A program made the translations under genes and the position numbers. A model generated the notes under the pieces. That model had not been told where the DNA came from. It worked only from the letters and a program-made list of their open reading frames with translations, and did no database searches. A stretch of DNA of 39,100 bases from the sequence record SRR31156797_3163; one strand, written 5' to 3'. Positions 9,299 to 18,227 of this stretch are shown in pieces (positions within the stretch are counted from its first letter, which is position 1; each line of letters starts with the position of its first letter).

Positions 9299-9953
9299 CT
9301 TTATGTTTCACGATTTTGTTCGGAAATTTCTCCTCTGCCTTGCGCAACTTTCCTTCCATCTGTCCTTCATTAAACTCGTATGCCGAGCGCACCCAATTCT
9401 TATTGCCACGCCCTCTGAAGTCGGCCACGGTTGCGCCATTATCCTTGGGCGCACGGTCTTTCATGAAAAGCAAAAACCTGTCATCCGTTGCCGGAATCGT
9501 ATAATTCGGGTCTGACATCACCTCTTCAACAAGATTTTGAACGTCTTCCGGCGATGCGTACTTACCACCTCGTTTCTCAAGCAATTTGTTGTAGTTGGCA
9601 TACAGCGGGTGCTCGTTCAGTCCGAGAGTCTTTCGCAATTCATCCGGGACAGGAACAAGCGTTTGTGGCTTGAAACGCTTTCCTCCTGCCGATCCAAGAC
9701 TCCCAACTGGCGTCATCATCCCGCCAACCGGTGCCGCCAACATCCCAAAATCAAGCATGGCTTCATTCACGGCCAAAGGATCAAAACCATGGCCATGTCT
9801 CGCGCTATCAAACTGCTCAGCAAGATTATAAAGGCTCGTCGCCGGTCCTCTGACAAAATCACGATAAAAACTCGGTCCCGTCTTATCGACCTTGGACATA
9901 ATCCGTGCGTCCAATCCTTGAACGCCGGAAACAATGTCGTCCATCATACCCAT
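9294..9953 (-). CDS. Putative virion-associated protein with C-terminal BECR/PBECR-like RNase domain
   Basis: C-terminal ~110 aa has the helix-'VMSDPNY'-beta-meander-'WVRSAY' pattern recalled from PBECR domains of phage polyvalent proteins; N-terminus MGMMD..QG resembles the 4323-5342 protein. Fold call is by eye. Confidence 0.55.
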   Translation of the reverse strand: MGMMDDIVSGVQGLDARIMSKVDKTGPSFYRDFVRGPATSLYNLAEQFDSARHGHGFDPLAVNEAMLDFGMLAAPVGGMMTPVGSLGSAGGKRFKPQTLVPVPDELRKTLGLNEHPLYANYNKLLEKRGGKYASPEDVQNLVEEVMSDPNYTIPATDDRFLLFMKDRAPKDNGATVADFRGRGNKNWVRSAYEFNEGQMEGKLRKAEEKFPNKIVKHKE

Positions 9954-9956
9954 GGG

Positions 9957-10586
9957 TTAACCCTTTCCTACCGTGTTCCAGCCACGGCTTTTCAATGTAG
10001 TCGGAGAAAGGTCCGCAAACATCCCAAGAACATCTTTTTCAAGCTCATCCATGAGGGCGCTGTCGATAGAAGTATCGTAGCGGTCCACCTTCCTGGCGCG
10101 CAGAGAAACGTATTCACAAATAATGTAATCCAGCTTTCCACCCCACGGTGTCTGACTCGACAAAGTCAGGACGTCAGGATCGACATGCACATAATATCGA
10201 AGAGACAGGGGGACATCGTTTGAAGACGCCCCTTTAATTTCGAGATTGTTTTCGTCGATGAGATATACGGACACTTCTCCAGCCGAAACAATGGTGTCCC
10301 ACTTGTCTTCATCGTAGCCATGAAGCGGTGTATTGGTATCCATACGCGTCAAACTGATGGGCGTAAGAAAGTCAGCGGGGAGCGGAACAGAGGTACTACC
10401 AGCCAACAGAATTGGCTCTGCCTTCCCACGCATGAACTTGAGACGGTTAAGCTGGCCGATGGTGTTAGCCCTGCGCACGGCCTGTTTAAAAAAAGTGAGA
10501 AGTTGCGAATCATCCCAACGGCTACTCATCTCGTCGTTCAGTTCATTGCGGACAAACTCTGTGATTCTGGAAAGAATCGTCGCCAT
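9957..10586 (-). CDS. Head-tail adaptor (tail tubular protein A-like)
   Basis: 209 aa, VRNELND...RWDDSQLL..F and LPADFL motifs typical of phage adaptor proteins. Confidence 0.75.
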   Translation of the reverse strand: MATILSRITEFVRNELNDEMSSRWDDSQLLTFFKQAVRRANTIGQLNRLKFMRGKAEPILLAGSTSVPLPADFLTPISLTRMDTNTPLHGYDEDKWDTIVSAGEVSVYLIDENNLEIKGASSNDVPLSLRYYVHVDPDVLTLSSQTPWGGKLDYIICEYVSLRARKVDRYDTSIDSALMDELEKDVLGMFADLSPTTLKSRGWNTVGKG

Positions 10587-10595
10587 TTCGCACTC

Positions 10596-10952
10596 CTACT
10601 TAATAATAATCATCGGACCTTCGCCATTGGTATTGGCGTTGGCACCGTTCATTTTACTGACCGTCATAAACTCCGGGTGGTCCTGAAGCCATTTCTTCAA
10701 GTCCTTGCCGGATAAACAGCCGCCGGACTCCTGCGCTTCGCGCTGCATGTCCAGAAACTCAATCAAAGGCATCTCACCAATCACACGATGGTCACGCTGC
10801 TTGGAGAAACCGTTGTCGCCAAAGTCGCGCTCATATTGAGCTGCGCTGCGCACCACAGCTGCATCGTATGTTGTAACGCGTGTCACCTTCATTTTATCGC
10901 TGTTGCCGATCACGGCATTCTCGACACTGATAAGATTTTCAAAATCAGGCAT
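10596..10952 (-). CDS. Conserved-type phage protein downstream of capsid gene
   Basis: Start reassigned to MPDFEN (10952), preceded by GGAG; 118 aa; motif IGEMP...KKWLQDHPEF. Confidence 0.7.
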   Translation of the reverse strand: MPDFENLISVENAVIGNSDKMKVTRVTTYDAAVVRSAAQYERDFGDNGFSKQRDHRVIGEMPLIEFLDMQREAQESGGCLSGKDLKKWLQDHPEFMTVSKMNGANANTNGEGPMIIIK

Positions 10953-10969
10953 CTTGTCTCCAAGGATAT

Positions 10970-10993
10970 GGGGGAAGGCAGAAGCCTCCCCCC
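10970..10993 (-). terminator. GC-rich stem-loop after capsid gene (weak terminator/mRNA stabiliser)
   Basis: gggggaaggc-agaa-gcctcccccc; lacks a U-tract. Confidence 0.5.
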
Positions 10994-10999
10994 TATTGA

Positions 11000-11965
11000 T
11001 TACGCAGCCTTCTTGGTGCGGGTCAGATTGGTGATGGAACCAACGCACTTCTTGGAGCGTACTTTGAGCATTTTGGACATGGTCAAACGCCACTTCTCGG
11101 CATCGCCGGTCTTAGCCAGCTTTTCACGCTTCAAAGGCCGGAACGTCTCAACATTCAGACGGGCCTTTTCATAAATGAGAAGCCTGTCGTAGAAGACATC
11201 CGGGTCGGGAGTGGTGTCGACATCCGGCGCAATAAACCGTTCCGGCAAAATGGTAACAATGCCGAAGTCGGTTTCCAGAATACGCACGGTCATCTTCAAC
11301 GCCTTTTCAGACGCATTAGAGTTAATGGTCAGGCGACCGCCCTGAGTGAAATCGGAAATCTTCCGTTTCTGAGCCGGAGGAGCAAGTACGCAATCAGGGT
11401 CTGCACCCTGTTCCCACATGGACTGAAGGACATCGTTCAAAATATCCTCTGTAATGTGGTTTGTATCGGCCATGGTCCCGCCGAAGTCGTAGTTGTTTCC
11501 ATTTCCAACAAACTGGAACGCGCCATCCATCTTGGCCGGAAGGGTCGCAGTACCGGCCTGCTTGCTCTGGTTGATGCAGTTGTGTTCCAGATCACGCGCC
11601 AGTTCTTTGGTCTTAAGGCCGGACTGGTATTTGATCTCAGACTTGCGACCGTGCTTGTCGGTCTTTTCCAGGTCTTCGGAAATCTTGAAAGACTTCTCCA
11701 AACGCTGGACCCGGTTGTCGAGCAATTCAGGCGGCACCAGAGCCGCAGCGGTAGAATCCGCGCCTTCAACGTGCGCATTCTCACCAGCATCACCGAGGGT
11801 GTCTTCCAACCATTCAGGATGCAAAGTTTTAGCCTTGCCGCTCTGACCAATGGAACTCAAAAACGGAGTATCGGTCGGTGCAACGTTGGTGATCAGCTTG
11901 TCCACTTCTTCAGGAATGGACTTGTCGTAGTTGGTGGTAACGGTTTTGGTCGTAACATCAGCCAT
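11000..11965 (-). CDS. Major capsid protein (DUF5309/SU10-like)
   Basis: ITNVAPTDTPFLSSIG, HPEWLEDTL, EGAD, KELARDLEH, ETDFG and LAKTGDAEK motifs. Confidence 0.9.
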   Translation of the reverse strand: MADVTTKTVTTNYDKSIPEEVDKLITNVAPTDTPFLSSIGQSGKAKTLHPEWLEDTLGDAGENAHVEGADSTAAALVPPELLDNRVQRLEKSFKISEDLEKTDKHGRKSEIKYQSGLKTKELARDLEHNCINQSKQAGTATLPAKMDGAFQFVGNGNNYDFGGTMADTNHITEDILNDVLQSMWEQGADPDCVLAPPAQKRKISDFTQGGRLTINSNASEKALKMTVRILETDFGIVTILPERFIAPDVDTTPDPDVFYDRLLIYEKARLNVETFRPLKREKLAKTGDAEKWRLTMSKMLKVRSKKCVGSITNLTRTKKAA

Positions 11966-11977
11966 GATAATTTCTCC

Positions 11978-12994
11978 TTAATCGGCATCTCCGAACAGCG
12001 CGCCAATATCACGCAGAGAACCATGCCCGGACCGAACGCGTTTCCGCGCTTCCTTGAGCTTCCGGGTGGACTCGCCGCCGCCCTGTTGCTCGGCCCCTGC
12101 TCCTTCAAGGATAGGGGCTTTTTCGGTCACGGTGCGGCCCTTGGGCAGTGTTTCGATGTGTTCCGGCTGCCCTGGCTGCTTTGCGGCTTCAACAATGCTA
12201 GGCCTCAAGGCGTTGTATCGTTCAAGGTAGTATTCAGGATCGCTATCAAGACGGGCGTAGAGACGCGCAGCCTCATCCTTGCCCCATTTGTTCGCAACAT
12301 CCTGAACCTCGTCGGCAATAGCCTTGTGAACGGCGCCATAGTGATCATCCTGCTGAATGACCGACTTCGCACTGTCTATCCGCTGCTTCTGCTGAAACAC
12401 CCGCTGCTGATCCTGCATCTGCTGAATCTGCGGCTGCACCTTCTGCATGGCTGCCTGCTCGGCGTCCCATTTAATCCGTTCAAATGGATCTTCCGGCGGC
12501 TGTTCGGTTGTCGTTTGTGTGTTCTGCTGTTGGTTGAAGCTCAACACATGCGCCCGAAATTCCGGGTCGCCTTGCATCATCTCGGCAAGCTGTGCAGCTC
12601 CTGCGGCTTTCTCTGTCGCACGGGAAAGTTCCTGCGACTTGCGAGAGACAAACGCTTCGCGGCCCTTTTCGAACTGAAGGGCAACACCCTGCACTTCAGG
12701 CGGAAGCTCGGAGAAAGCCTTCTTCTCCTCTTCGCCCCAATATGCAGGAAGTACCCGCTCGAGTTGGGCCTGATCAGGCTTTGGCTGCTCTTCACCGGCC
12801 TGCGGTTCTGCTATGGGCTGCGCATCAGACTTGGACGCGTCTGCGCCTTCCTCTGCGTCCCCTTCATCACCATCCGGGTCTTCAAAAGCCTCGCCAATGT
12901 CCATAGGGTCGGATAAAGGCTGATCCTCAAGGGATTCCTCGCTTCCAACGGCTTCGTCAGCCTCGACCGCTTCGACGGTCCACTGATCTTTCAT
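11978..12994 (-). CDS. Capsid scaffolding protein
   Basis: Acidic N-terminus, helical Gln-rich body, YW..EEK..F..LPPEVQ motif; immediately upstream of the capsid gene. Confidence 0.8.
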   Translation of the reverse strand: MKDQWTVEAVEADEAVGSEESLEDQPLSDPMDIGEAFEDPDGDEGDAEEGADASKSDAQPIAEPQAGEEQPKPDQAQLERVLPAYWGEEEKKAFSELPPEVQGVALQFEKGREAFVSRKSQELSRATEKAAGAAQLAEMMQGDPEFRAHVLSFNQQQNTQTTTEQPPEDPFERIKWDAEQAAMQKVQPQIQQMQDQQRVFQQKQRIDSAKSVIQQDDHYGAVHKAIADEVQDVANKWGKDEAARLYARLDSDPEYYLERYNALRPSIVEAAKQPGQPEHIETLPKGRTVTEKAPILEGAGAEQQGGGESTRKLKEARKRVRSGHGSLRDIGALFGDAD

Positions 12995-13026
12995 GGATCT
13001 TTTCTCCTGTTATTTGTTGAGACGGA

Positions 13027-13329
13027 CTAAGAAACCCGTCGTACCTTCTTCACTTCTCCGGCAAGCTCTGCCCTCGCCTTCTCGCCAAGAGCAATGTCGT
13101 TCTCAATGCGCTTTTCAAGGGTCTCGATAAAAAGCATCTGAGCCCGACACGCGCTAAATTTGTCCGTCTCCATCGGGGACAGGCTGAGGATGTTCCCCTC
13201 CAGTGCCTCCCGCGCCTCCTTCAGGCATGTGCTGAAGTACCGGTTGCCCTTGAGTTTGCGACCCTGCTCCCCCTGCCTGAATTGCTGCTCCAGAGCCTGC
13301 TCCCGGTCCTTCTTGGATTCCTTGGGCAT
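13027..13329 (-). CDS. Small phage protein between portal and scaffold
   Basis: Start reassigned to MPKESK (13329) with RBS GGAGG; 100 aa; overlaps the portal 3' end by 176 nt. Confidence 0.7.
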   Translation of the reverse strand: MPKESKKDREQALEQQFRQGEQGRKLKGNRYFSTCLKEAREALEGNILSLSPMETDKFSACRAQMLFIETLEKRIENDIALGEKARAELAGEVKKVRRVS

Positions 13330-15169
13330 TGGGTGCTCCTCCCATGAGTTGCTGCAATCGCTGCTGCAACTGCTGAATGGTTTGCTGCATTTGTTGCAGC
13401 GTGCTGTATTCACCTTCGGCGAACTGAAGGTCTTCGAAACTGACCCCCATGAGCTTGCCGATCTTCCGTTCTGTCTTGATGAGATGTTCCGGCCCCGCCA
13501 CTCCAGATGGGATGAGGGCAGTCGTCAGCTTCTGAAAATGCTGTTCAAGCACCTGAGCCTGCTGCATGCGATCCTGCGGCCCGACACCGACCTCGATTTC
13601 AATGTCGTGTCGACCTTGAAGATCTTCAGGAGTTATCTCGGTGGATTCTTTACCCAACAGCGTAAAAGCTTCCTTGGGTGGCCATGTCTGGTTAATCCAC
13701 ATCATGTCCTTGAGAACCTTCTTGAGCGGACTACCAAGCAACTTGGCGTAAAACTTCTGCCGCTGTTGTCCTGCGTTCTGAAGAGCCATGGTGCCAGTCG
13801 CCGTCTTCCCCATGGAGTCGGCGGTCAACCCCTGATTCAGGCTGTTGACACCAGACGTGCGCTCATAGTCCATACGCCTCATCTCAATGGCATCGATAAG
13901 CGTTTGCCCGGGCTGATCAGGCTTCACAAAATCATAGGACCCGGCTTTCAAGGAGGGATGCAGCAATACGTCTGATACCGTTCGACTAGCCCATTCAGAC
14001 GCAAACTTGACGTCATTCGTGACCATTGTCCCGTATGCAGCACCAGCACTGGAGTCAGTGAAAATACGTTGAAGATTGGTCATTTCCTTCTGATCATCTT
14101 CAAGATGTATGGGGAGAGGCTTTCCTTCGAATCGGAAAGGAACGTTGAACAGGTTTCCAGCCCGGAACGGTGGCCGTCCGTAGGGATTTTCGACAATGTT
14201 CAAAATAATCTCACCGGTCTTCCAAATGATAACCGGCTCAAGAAGGCCGTCCTTGTCGACGTCCATACGGGTGTATATTTCGTCAACAAAAACCTCCATG
14301 CCCGGTCCAAGCATGTCCTTTTCATGATCGAACTCGTTCATCGCCCCGGAAACGTCCAGTTCGTCTCTGGAATAAGTGTCCTCCCACTCCTCACGCAGTT
14401 CAGTCACATCCAAAGAATCATACCCTTCCTCTTTGGCGGCCTTTGCTGAACCTTTACGGAACTGACCACGCATTTCCCTGCGCTGGATATCGTCGATAGT
14501 CATTCGTTTGCGATGAATAACAACCCGTGCGCTATCAATGGACTTTGATCCGGGAGAGATAAGGAACTCCCACGGCGGCAAAGCTTCCACTTTCGGGCCT
14601 CTGAACGTTTCTTCCTTCTTCACAGCCTTGACGTTTTCGTATGAAACAACCGTGTCCTCACCGGAAATATCTTCAATACGATCATACTTTGTCGCCTCGT
14701 AACCTTCCTCCACAAGCATGGCGAATTGCTGTTCAGAAAGCCGGTCGAACTCTTCGGAAACCATGTCGTATTGTTCGTCAAAAAAGGTCTTGATAACACC
14801 GTTATGATACCGGAGAGCCACCTCCATGTACGCCTGTAAAATTTCAACGCCGTCCTGCTGACTAAAAAGCTGATTACGCAAAAGCTTCTTGTTTTTTTCA
14901 GCCTTGTCCGAATCTTCCATCAATACGGTAAAGAAATCGGGATGCGTAAAGATTGAATCCAAACCGGGAAGCAACCAGTTGATGGTATCGAACACCACGG
15001 CGGCAACCTGCTGACTGAACCCGTCGACCTCGTTGCCAAGCTTCTCCCGGTCGTAGAGGGCTGAACAGGCTTTCCGCTCTCCAGACAATTGTCGTGCCCA
15101 ATCTTCGGCCTGATCAATATCAGGCTGAATCAGGTCAATGATCTCTTCGTTTTCGATCTTGATAGCCAT
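13154..15169 (-). CDS. Portal protein (P22-like)
   Basis: 671 aa after terL; PPWEFLISP, DVDKDGLLE, ERTSGVNSLNQG and KTATG motifs; Gln-rich barrel helix. Confidence 0.9.
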   Translation of the reverse strand: MAIKIENEEIIDLIQPDIDQAEDWARQLSGERKACSALYDREKLGNEVDGFSQQVAAVVFDTINWLLPGLDSIFTHPDFFTVLMEDSDKAEKNKKLLRNQLFSQQDGVEILQAYMEVALRYHNGVIKTFFDEQYDMVSEEFDRLSEQQFAMLVEEGYEATKYDRIEDISGEDTVVSYENVKAVKKEETFRGPKVEALPPWEFLISPGSKSIDSARVVIHRKRMTIDDIQRREMRGQFRKGSAKAAKEEGYDSLDVTELREEWEDTYSRDELDVSGAMNEFDHEKDMLGPGMEVFVDEIYTRMDVDKDGLLEPVIIWKTGEIILNIVENPYGRPPFRAGNLFNVPFRFEGKPLPIHLEDDQKEMTNLQRIFTDSSAGAAYGTMVTNDVKFASEWASRTVSDVLLHPSLKAGSYDFVKPDQPGQTLIDAIEMRRMDYERTSGVNSLNQGLTADSMGKTATGTMALQNAGQQRQKFYAKLLGSPLKKVLKDMMWINQTWPPKEAFTLLGKESTEITPEDLQGRHDIEIEVGVGPQDRMQQAQVLEQHFQKLTTALIPSGVAGPEHLIKTERKIGKLMGVSFEDLQFAEGEYSTLQQMQQTIQQLQQRLQQLMGGAPNAQGIQEGPGAGSGAAIQAGGAGSQTQGQPVLQHMPEGGAGGTGGEHPQPVPDGDGQI

Positions 15170-16734
15170 TATGCAAGCCGCCTTGGTTTCTTGATGGTAA
15201 TGCCTTCATATCCGCCGCCAATTCTGCCGTGCCGCTCGGAGACGGGTTGTGCATGGGTCAAGGCAAGCGCGTCCCCCTCATCAGGTGACCGCTGTCCTCG
15301 TTTTTCCATCTGCTTTTTGCTCTCAAGCAAAATCCGTTGCAGACTGTCATAGGTGTACCCAGGCGCGCACAAATCAGACTGCAAACTGTCGCTGTCCTCG
15401 ATGCACACGGTCTCAACATCATCGTTTAACCAGTCGTTGAGATTGCCCCACATTTCGGCACGCCGATTGACATAGCGGTCCGGCTCATAAACGTCGGTAG
15501 ACCCAAAATTGACAGGAATGATGAACGCACCGAAAGGCATGTCCTTGACCTGATCGTAAATAGGACCGCCAAGACCACCCACGTCGATAAACATCCAATC
15601 AACAGGATTCTGCTGTTCCTCAGTAAACAACCGGATGATCTCGCCGATAATCGCCTTGGTGTCGGGTGTCTTGTAGACCTTCCCGGCCCACGCCACCCGG
15701 CCCTGTCGGTTATAAAAAGCCGTACGGTCGCCGCCTCTGGCCGGGTCCATGCCAACAATACGAGCGCCGCTCGGCTCAATGTCCCGACGCTTACGGGCAC
15801 GGATGACCACCTCGGGCTTGATGAAAGAATCGTGTCCAGTGTTCTGGAAGGCCTCGGCAGCGCAGCACGGGTACTCCTGCTTGAACAAAATCTCGTCGCC
15901 GTTGAACTCTGACGCGATCTTGTTGCGCCTCCACGCGATATGCCGCCACGTCATGCCCTCACGGGAATACAACGCAAAAAGCTCGTTTTCTTCCTTGGTT
16001 GGCTCCCACCCTTCAGGCACATCAAGCGTGTATTCCTTCTGCCAGAACCACGGCACAAAGATGGCCTGATACTCGGACAACCCGGCCTCTGCCGCCTGCC
16101 ACATCGGGTAGAACATGGCGTCAAACCCGTTGGCGGTGGACTCAAGGATAATTTCCTCGGCTTCATTGGCAGCCTGAAAAACGCCTGTCTGGATTTCCTT
16201 GATGTTCTTCCAGAAAGCGACCTCGGAACCATGGAAAAAGTCGATGGTGTCAGAACGACCGACATCTCCACCGCCTGCCGTGCCGAGCGAATACGCGCTG
16301 TCCAGCTTATCGAAGACGAGTTCCTTACGGTTGGAATGGGACGTGGACGGCGTAACAAGCGGGTTGTTGTGCTTATGATACCGCTTCACCATGTTGAATA
16401 GGTTGGTGGTGGCATCGTCACGATGCGTCAAAATAAATGTCTTCACGCCCTTTTTGTGAGATGTCTTGTGGTAATACCGACCACCAACAAGCGTGGACAC
16501 ACCCTGCTGACGCCCCTTGAGAACGAGCGCACGAATACGGCCATGCTGTTCGAACTGGTCTTCAAGCCTGCCGTTGATGTAGACTTGAGCACGATTGAAC
16601 ACGAAGGGGACGATCTTCTGAGGTTTACCCTCATGAATCACCGGCTTCTTAGCGCGAATCTTGAGACACTTCTTCGCATAATGCGTGAAGTCGTCTCGAA
16701 GTTTGCGACGTATGTCCTTTTCATGCTCGGTCAT
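15169..16734 (-). CDS. terL: Terminase large subunit
   Basis: Walker A LKGRQQGVST, HGSEVAFW, ESTANG; RNaseH-like GMDPARGGD and SPDEGDALALT. Confidence 0.95.
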   Translation of the reverse strand: MTEHEKDIRRKLRDDFTHYAKKCLKIRAKKPVIHEGKPQKIVPFVFNRAQVYINGRLEDQFEQHGRIRALVLKGRQQGVSTLVGGRYYHKTSHKKGVKTFILTHRDDATTNLFNMVKRYHKHNNPLVTPSTSHSNRKELVFDKLDSAYSLGTAGGGDVGRSDTIDFFHGSEVAFWKNIKEIQTGVFQAANEAEEIILESTANGFDAMFYPMWQAAEAGLSEYQAIFVPWFWQKEYTLDVPEGWEPTKEENELFALYSREGMTWRHIAWRRNKIASEFNGDEILFKQEYPCCAAEAFQNTGHDSFIKPEVVIRARKRRDIEPSGARIVGMDPARGGDRTAFYNRQGRVAWAGKVYKTPDTKAIIGEIIRLFTEEQQNPVDWMFIDVGGLGGPIYDQVKDMPFGAFIIPVNFGSTDVYEPDRYVNRRAEMWGNLNDWLNDDVETVCIEDSDSLQSDLCAPGYTYDSLQRILLESKKQMEKRGQRSPDEGDALALTHAQPVSERHGRIGGGYEGITIKKPRRLA

Positions 16735-16740
16735 GCCGAT

Positions 16741-17124
16741 TTACTCCAATTCCTCCAGCGCTTGCTCATGCGTAATTGCAAGGCTACCGCTGTGTTCCAA
16801 ATTCATCTTGTCGCCGTACTTCTTGGGCCGCAGCTTGCCAGCAACCCACTTCCGCGCGTCAATGCGCACCTTGGCCTTCTTCGGATTCTCTTCGGTGTCG
16901 GCAATCTCCACCATTTCATCAGCAAACGAATCAGCCTGAGCCTTCCGCGCGCAGGCGTATTGGTCGGGGAAGGATGCTGCTGTCTTCACGGTTCCACTTG
17001 CCCAAGCAAGGACGGTTGCCTTATTCGGCATTTTCTCATCATCACAAATGAACCGCAGCGACTCACCGTCAGCGAGTCGATCACATATCTTTTTGGCGAT
17101 TGCCTTTGTGAAGCGATTACCCAT
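16741..17124 (-). CDS. terS: Terminase small subunit (Sf6/P22-like)
   Basis: ICDRLADGESLRFIC...MP and RIDARKWVAGKLRPKKYGDK motifs. Confidence 0.92.
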   Translation of the reverse strand: MGNRFTKAIAKKICDRLADGESLRFICDDEKMPNKATVLAWASGTVKTAASFPDQYACARKAQADSFADEMVEIADTEENPKKAKVRIDARKWVAGKLRPKKYGDKMNLEHSGSLAITHEQALEELE

Positions 17125-17140
17125 GTCTTTCTCCCAACAA

Positions 17141-17366
17141 TGAAAACCCCAAAGGATACAATAATTCCTGAGCTATGATGCGTTGTCCCTATGCCCTGCG
17201 ATTTATCGAGCCTGCGAAGTCCATCCGACCGTTTACCCTTGGGTTCGGGCTGGCCGTCGTCGCCTCTCCCGATTTTTAAAACCGCGCTCGTTTATCCGTT
17301 ACGCCGGGGCTTACTGCTCCTGCCCGGCAGATCGGCAGCCGGGGTTCATGCTGCCGCAGGGTTTCA
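17141..17366 (-). ncRNA. Possible structured RNA between lysis cassette and terS
   Basis: ~250-nt gap lacking a minus-strand ORF; several nested inverted repeats (see findings). Strand assumed from the operon. Confidence 0.4.
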
Positions 17367-17378
17367 GGTTGAAATTCG

Positions 17379-17645
17379 TTATTCGTGTCTGCCAAGGGCC
17401 GTTTTCAGATCGCCCTTGATTTCCTGAATGTTCTCCGACAGGGAATCCATTTTCGTTTCAAGCCTGACGACCTTCGTCGTGAGATTGTTGTTTTCTTTGA
17501 CCTGACATTCCAGAAACTCCACACGAGTGTTCAGCGAAACGACAAAGGCAATCACGATTGCAAATGATCCCAAAATGGAAATGATGTTGGCTACGTTCAC
17601 GTTCTTGTCGAGGGTAATTCCCACTCTTTTTTCGTCTGCCATCAT
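17379..17645 (-). CDS. Small membrane protein with coiled coil (lysis-cassette associated)
   Basis: One TM segment followed by a heptad pattern; ATGA overlap with the o-spanin. Confidence 0.7.
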   Translation of the reverse strand: MMADEKRVGITLDKNVNVANIISILGSFAIVIAFVVSLNTRVEFLECQVKENNNLTTKVVRLETKMDSLSENIQEIKGDLKTALGRHE

Positions 17646-17908
17646 TCTGTCTCTCCAACACTCTGCTTGATAGCCGTCTTGTCAGCGTTGGCCCTGCGGA
17701 GCGCATCGAGTCGATCTTCGGCGCACTGGAATAAATCGCCGTTTGTTCTGACCTGGCTACAATCCGGCTCCGGCGTGGGCACCATGAGGTGGCTCGGTGG
17801 AGTCACGCGAACAACCTCAGTCATGGTCACAACGTGGGGCTTGCTGGAGCAGGCCGCAAACAGAATCAGGCAGAGGAGTATCAGCCCAATCGCGGGTATC
17901 CGGTTCAT
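17642..17908 (-). CDS. Outer-membrane spanin (Rz1-like lipoprotein)
   Basis: Lipobox LFAAC, Pro-rich segment, TNGDL...LRRANADKTAI; overlaps the i-spanin 3' end. Confidence 0.88.
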   Translation of the reverse strand: MNRIPAIGLILLCLILFAACSSKPHVVTMTEVVRVTPPSHLMVPTPEPDCSQVRTNGDLFQCAEDRLDALRRANADKTAIKQSVGETE

Positions 17909-18227
17909 TACGAAGTGCCTCCTGCCAACGGCGGCGCAGAGCCTCCCGGTCGGCGTTGATGGTGTTTATCGCCTGCTCGCGCAGAGCAAGGGCCTCGTCT
18001 TTGGATGCGATATTGGCCTTGAGGTCATTAATTGAAGCTCTGGCAGAATTGTAAGCCGCCTGAGTCACAAGAAGTTCAGCGCGGGTGCGTTCTATTTCGA
18101 CCTGCTTTTCCGCTCGATCCCACATGAGAAACGCAAAGGCCCCGATCACAGCCAGAACGGCGAGGGCAATCACAAAATATTTAATCTTTGAGGAACCACC
18201 GACCAAGGAAAGAATTGCAGACCACAT
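17817..18227 (-). CDS. Inner-membrane spanin (Rz-like)
   Basis: N-terminal TM, coiled coil, C-terminal WADTPLPDSV motif. Confidence 0.88.
   Translation of the reverse strand: MWSAILSLVGGSSKIKYFVIALAVLAVIGAFAFLMWDRAEKQVEIERTRAELLVTQAAYNSARASINDLKANIASKDEALALREQAINTINADREALRRRWQEALRNEPDTRDWADTPLPDSVCGLLQQAPRCDHD

Noticed and set aside
10953-11093. N-terminal extensions given by the ORF track (also 13330-13413, 31693-32064, 32522-32710)
   Set aside because: They overlap upstream genes; internal ATGs with an RBS or stop-start coupling give better starts.
11456-12916. Long plus-strand ORFs opposite structural genes (also 3316-4419, 13160-13975, 16423-17178, 9537-10223)
   Set aside because: Antisense shadows of well-supported minus-strand genes; no motifs or RBS.
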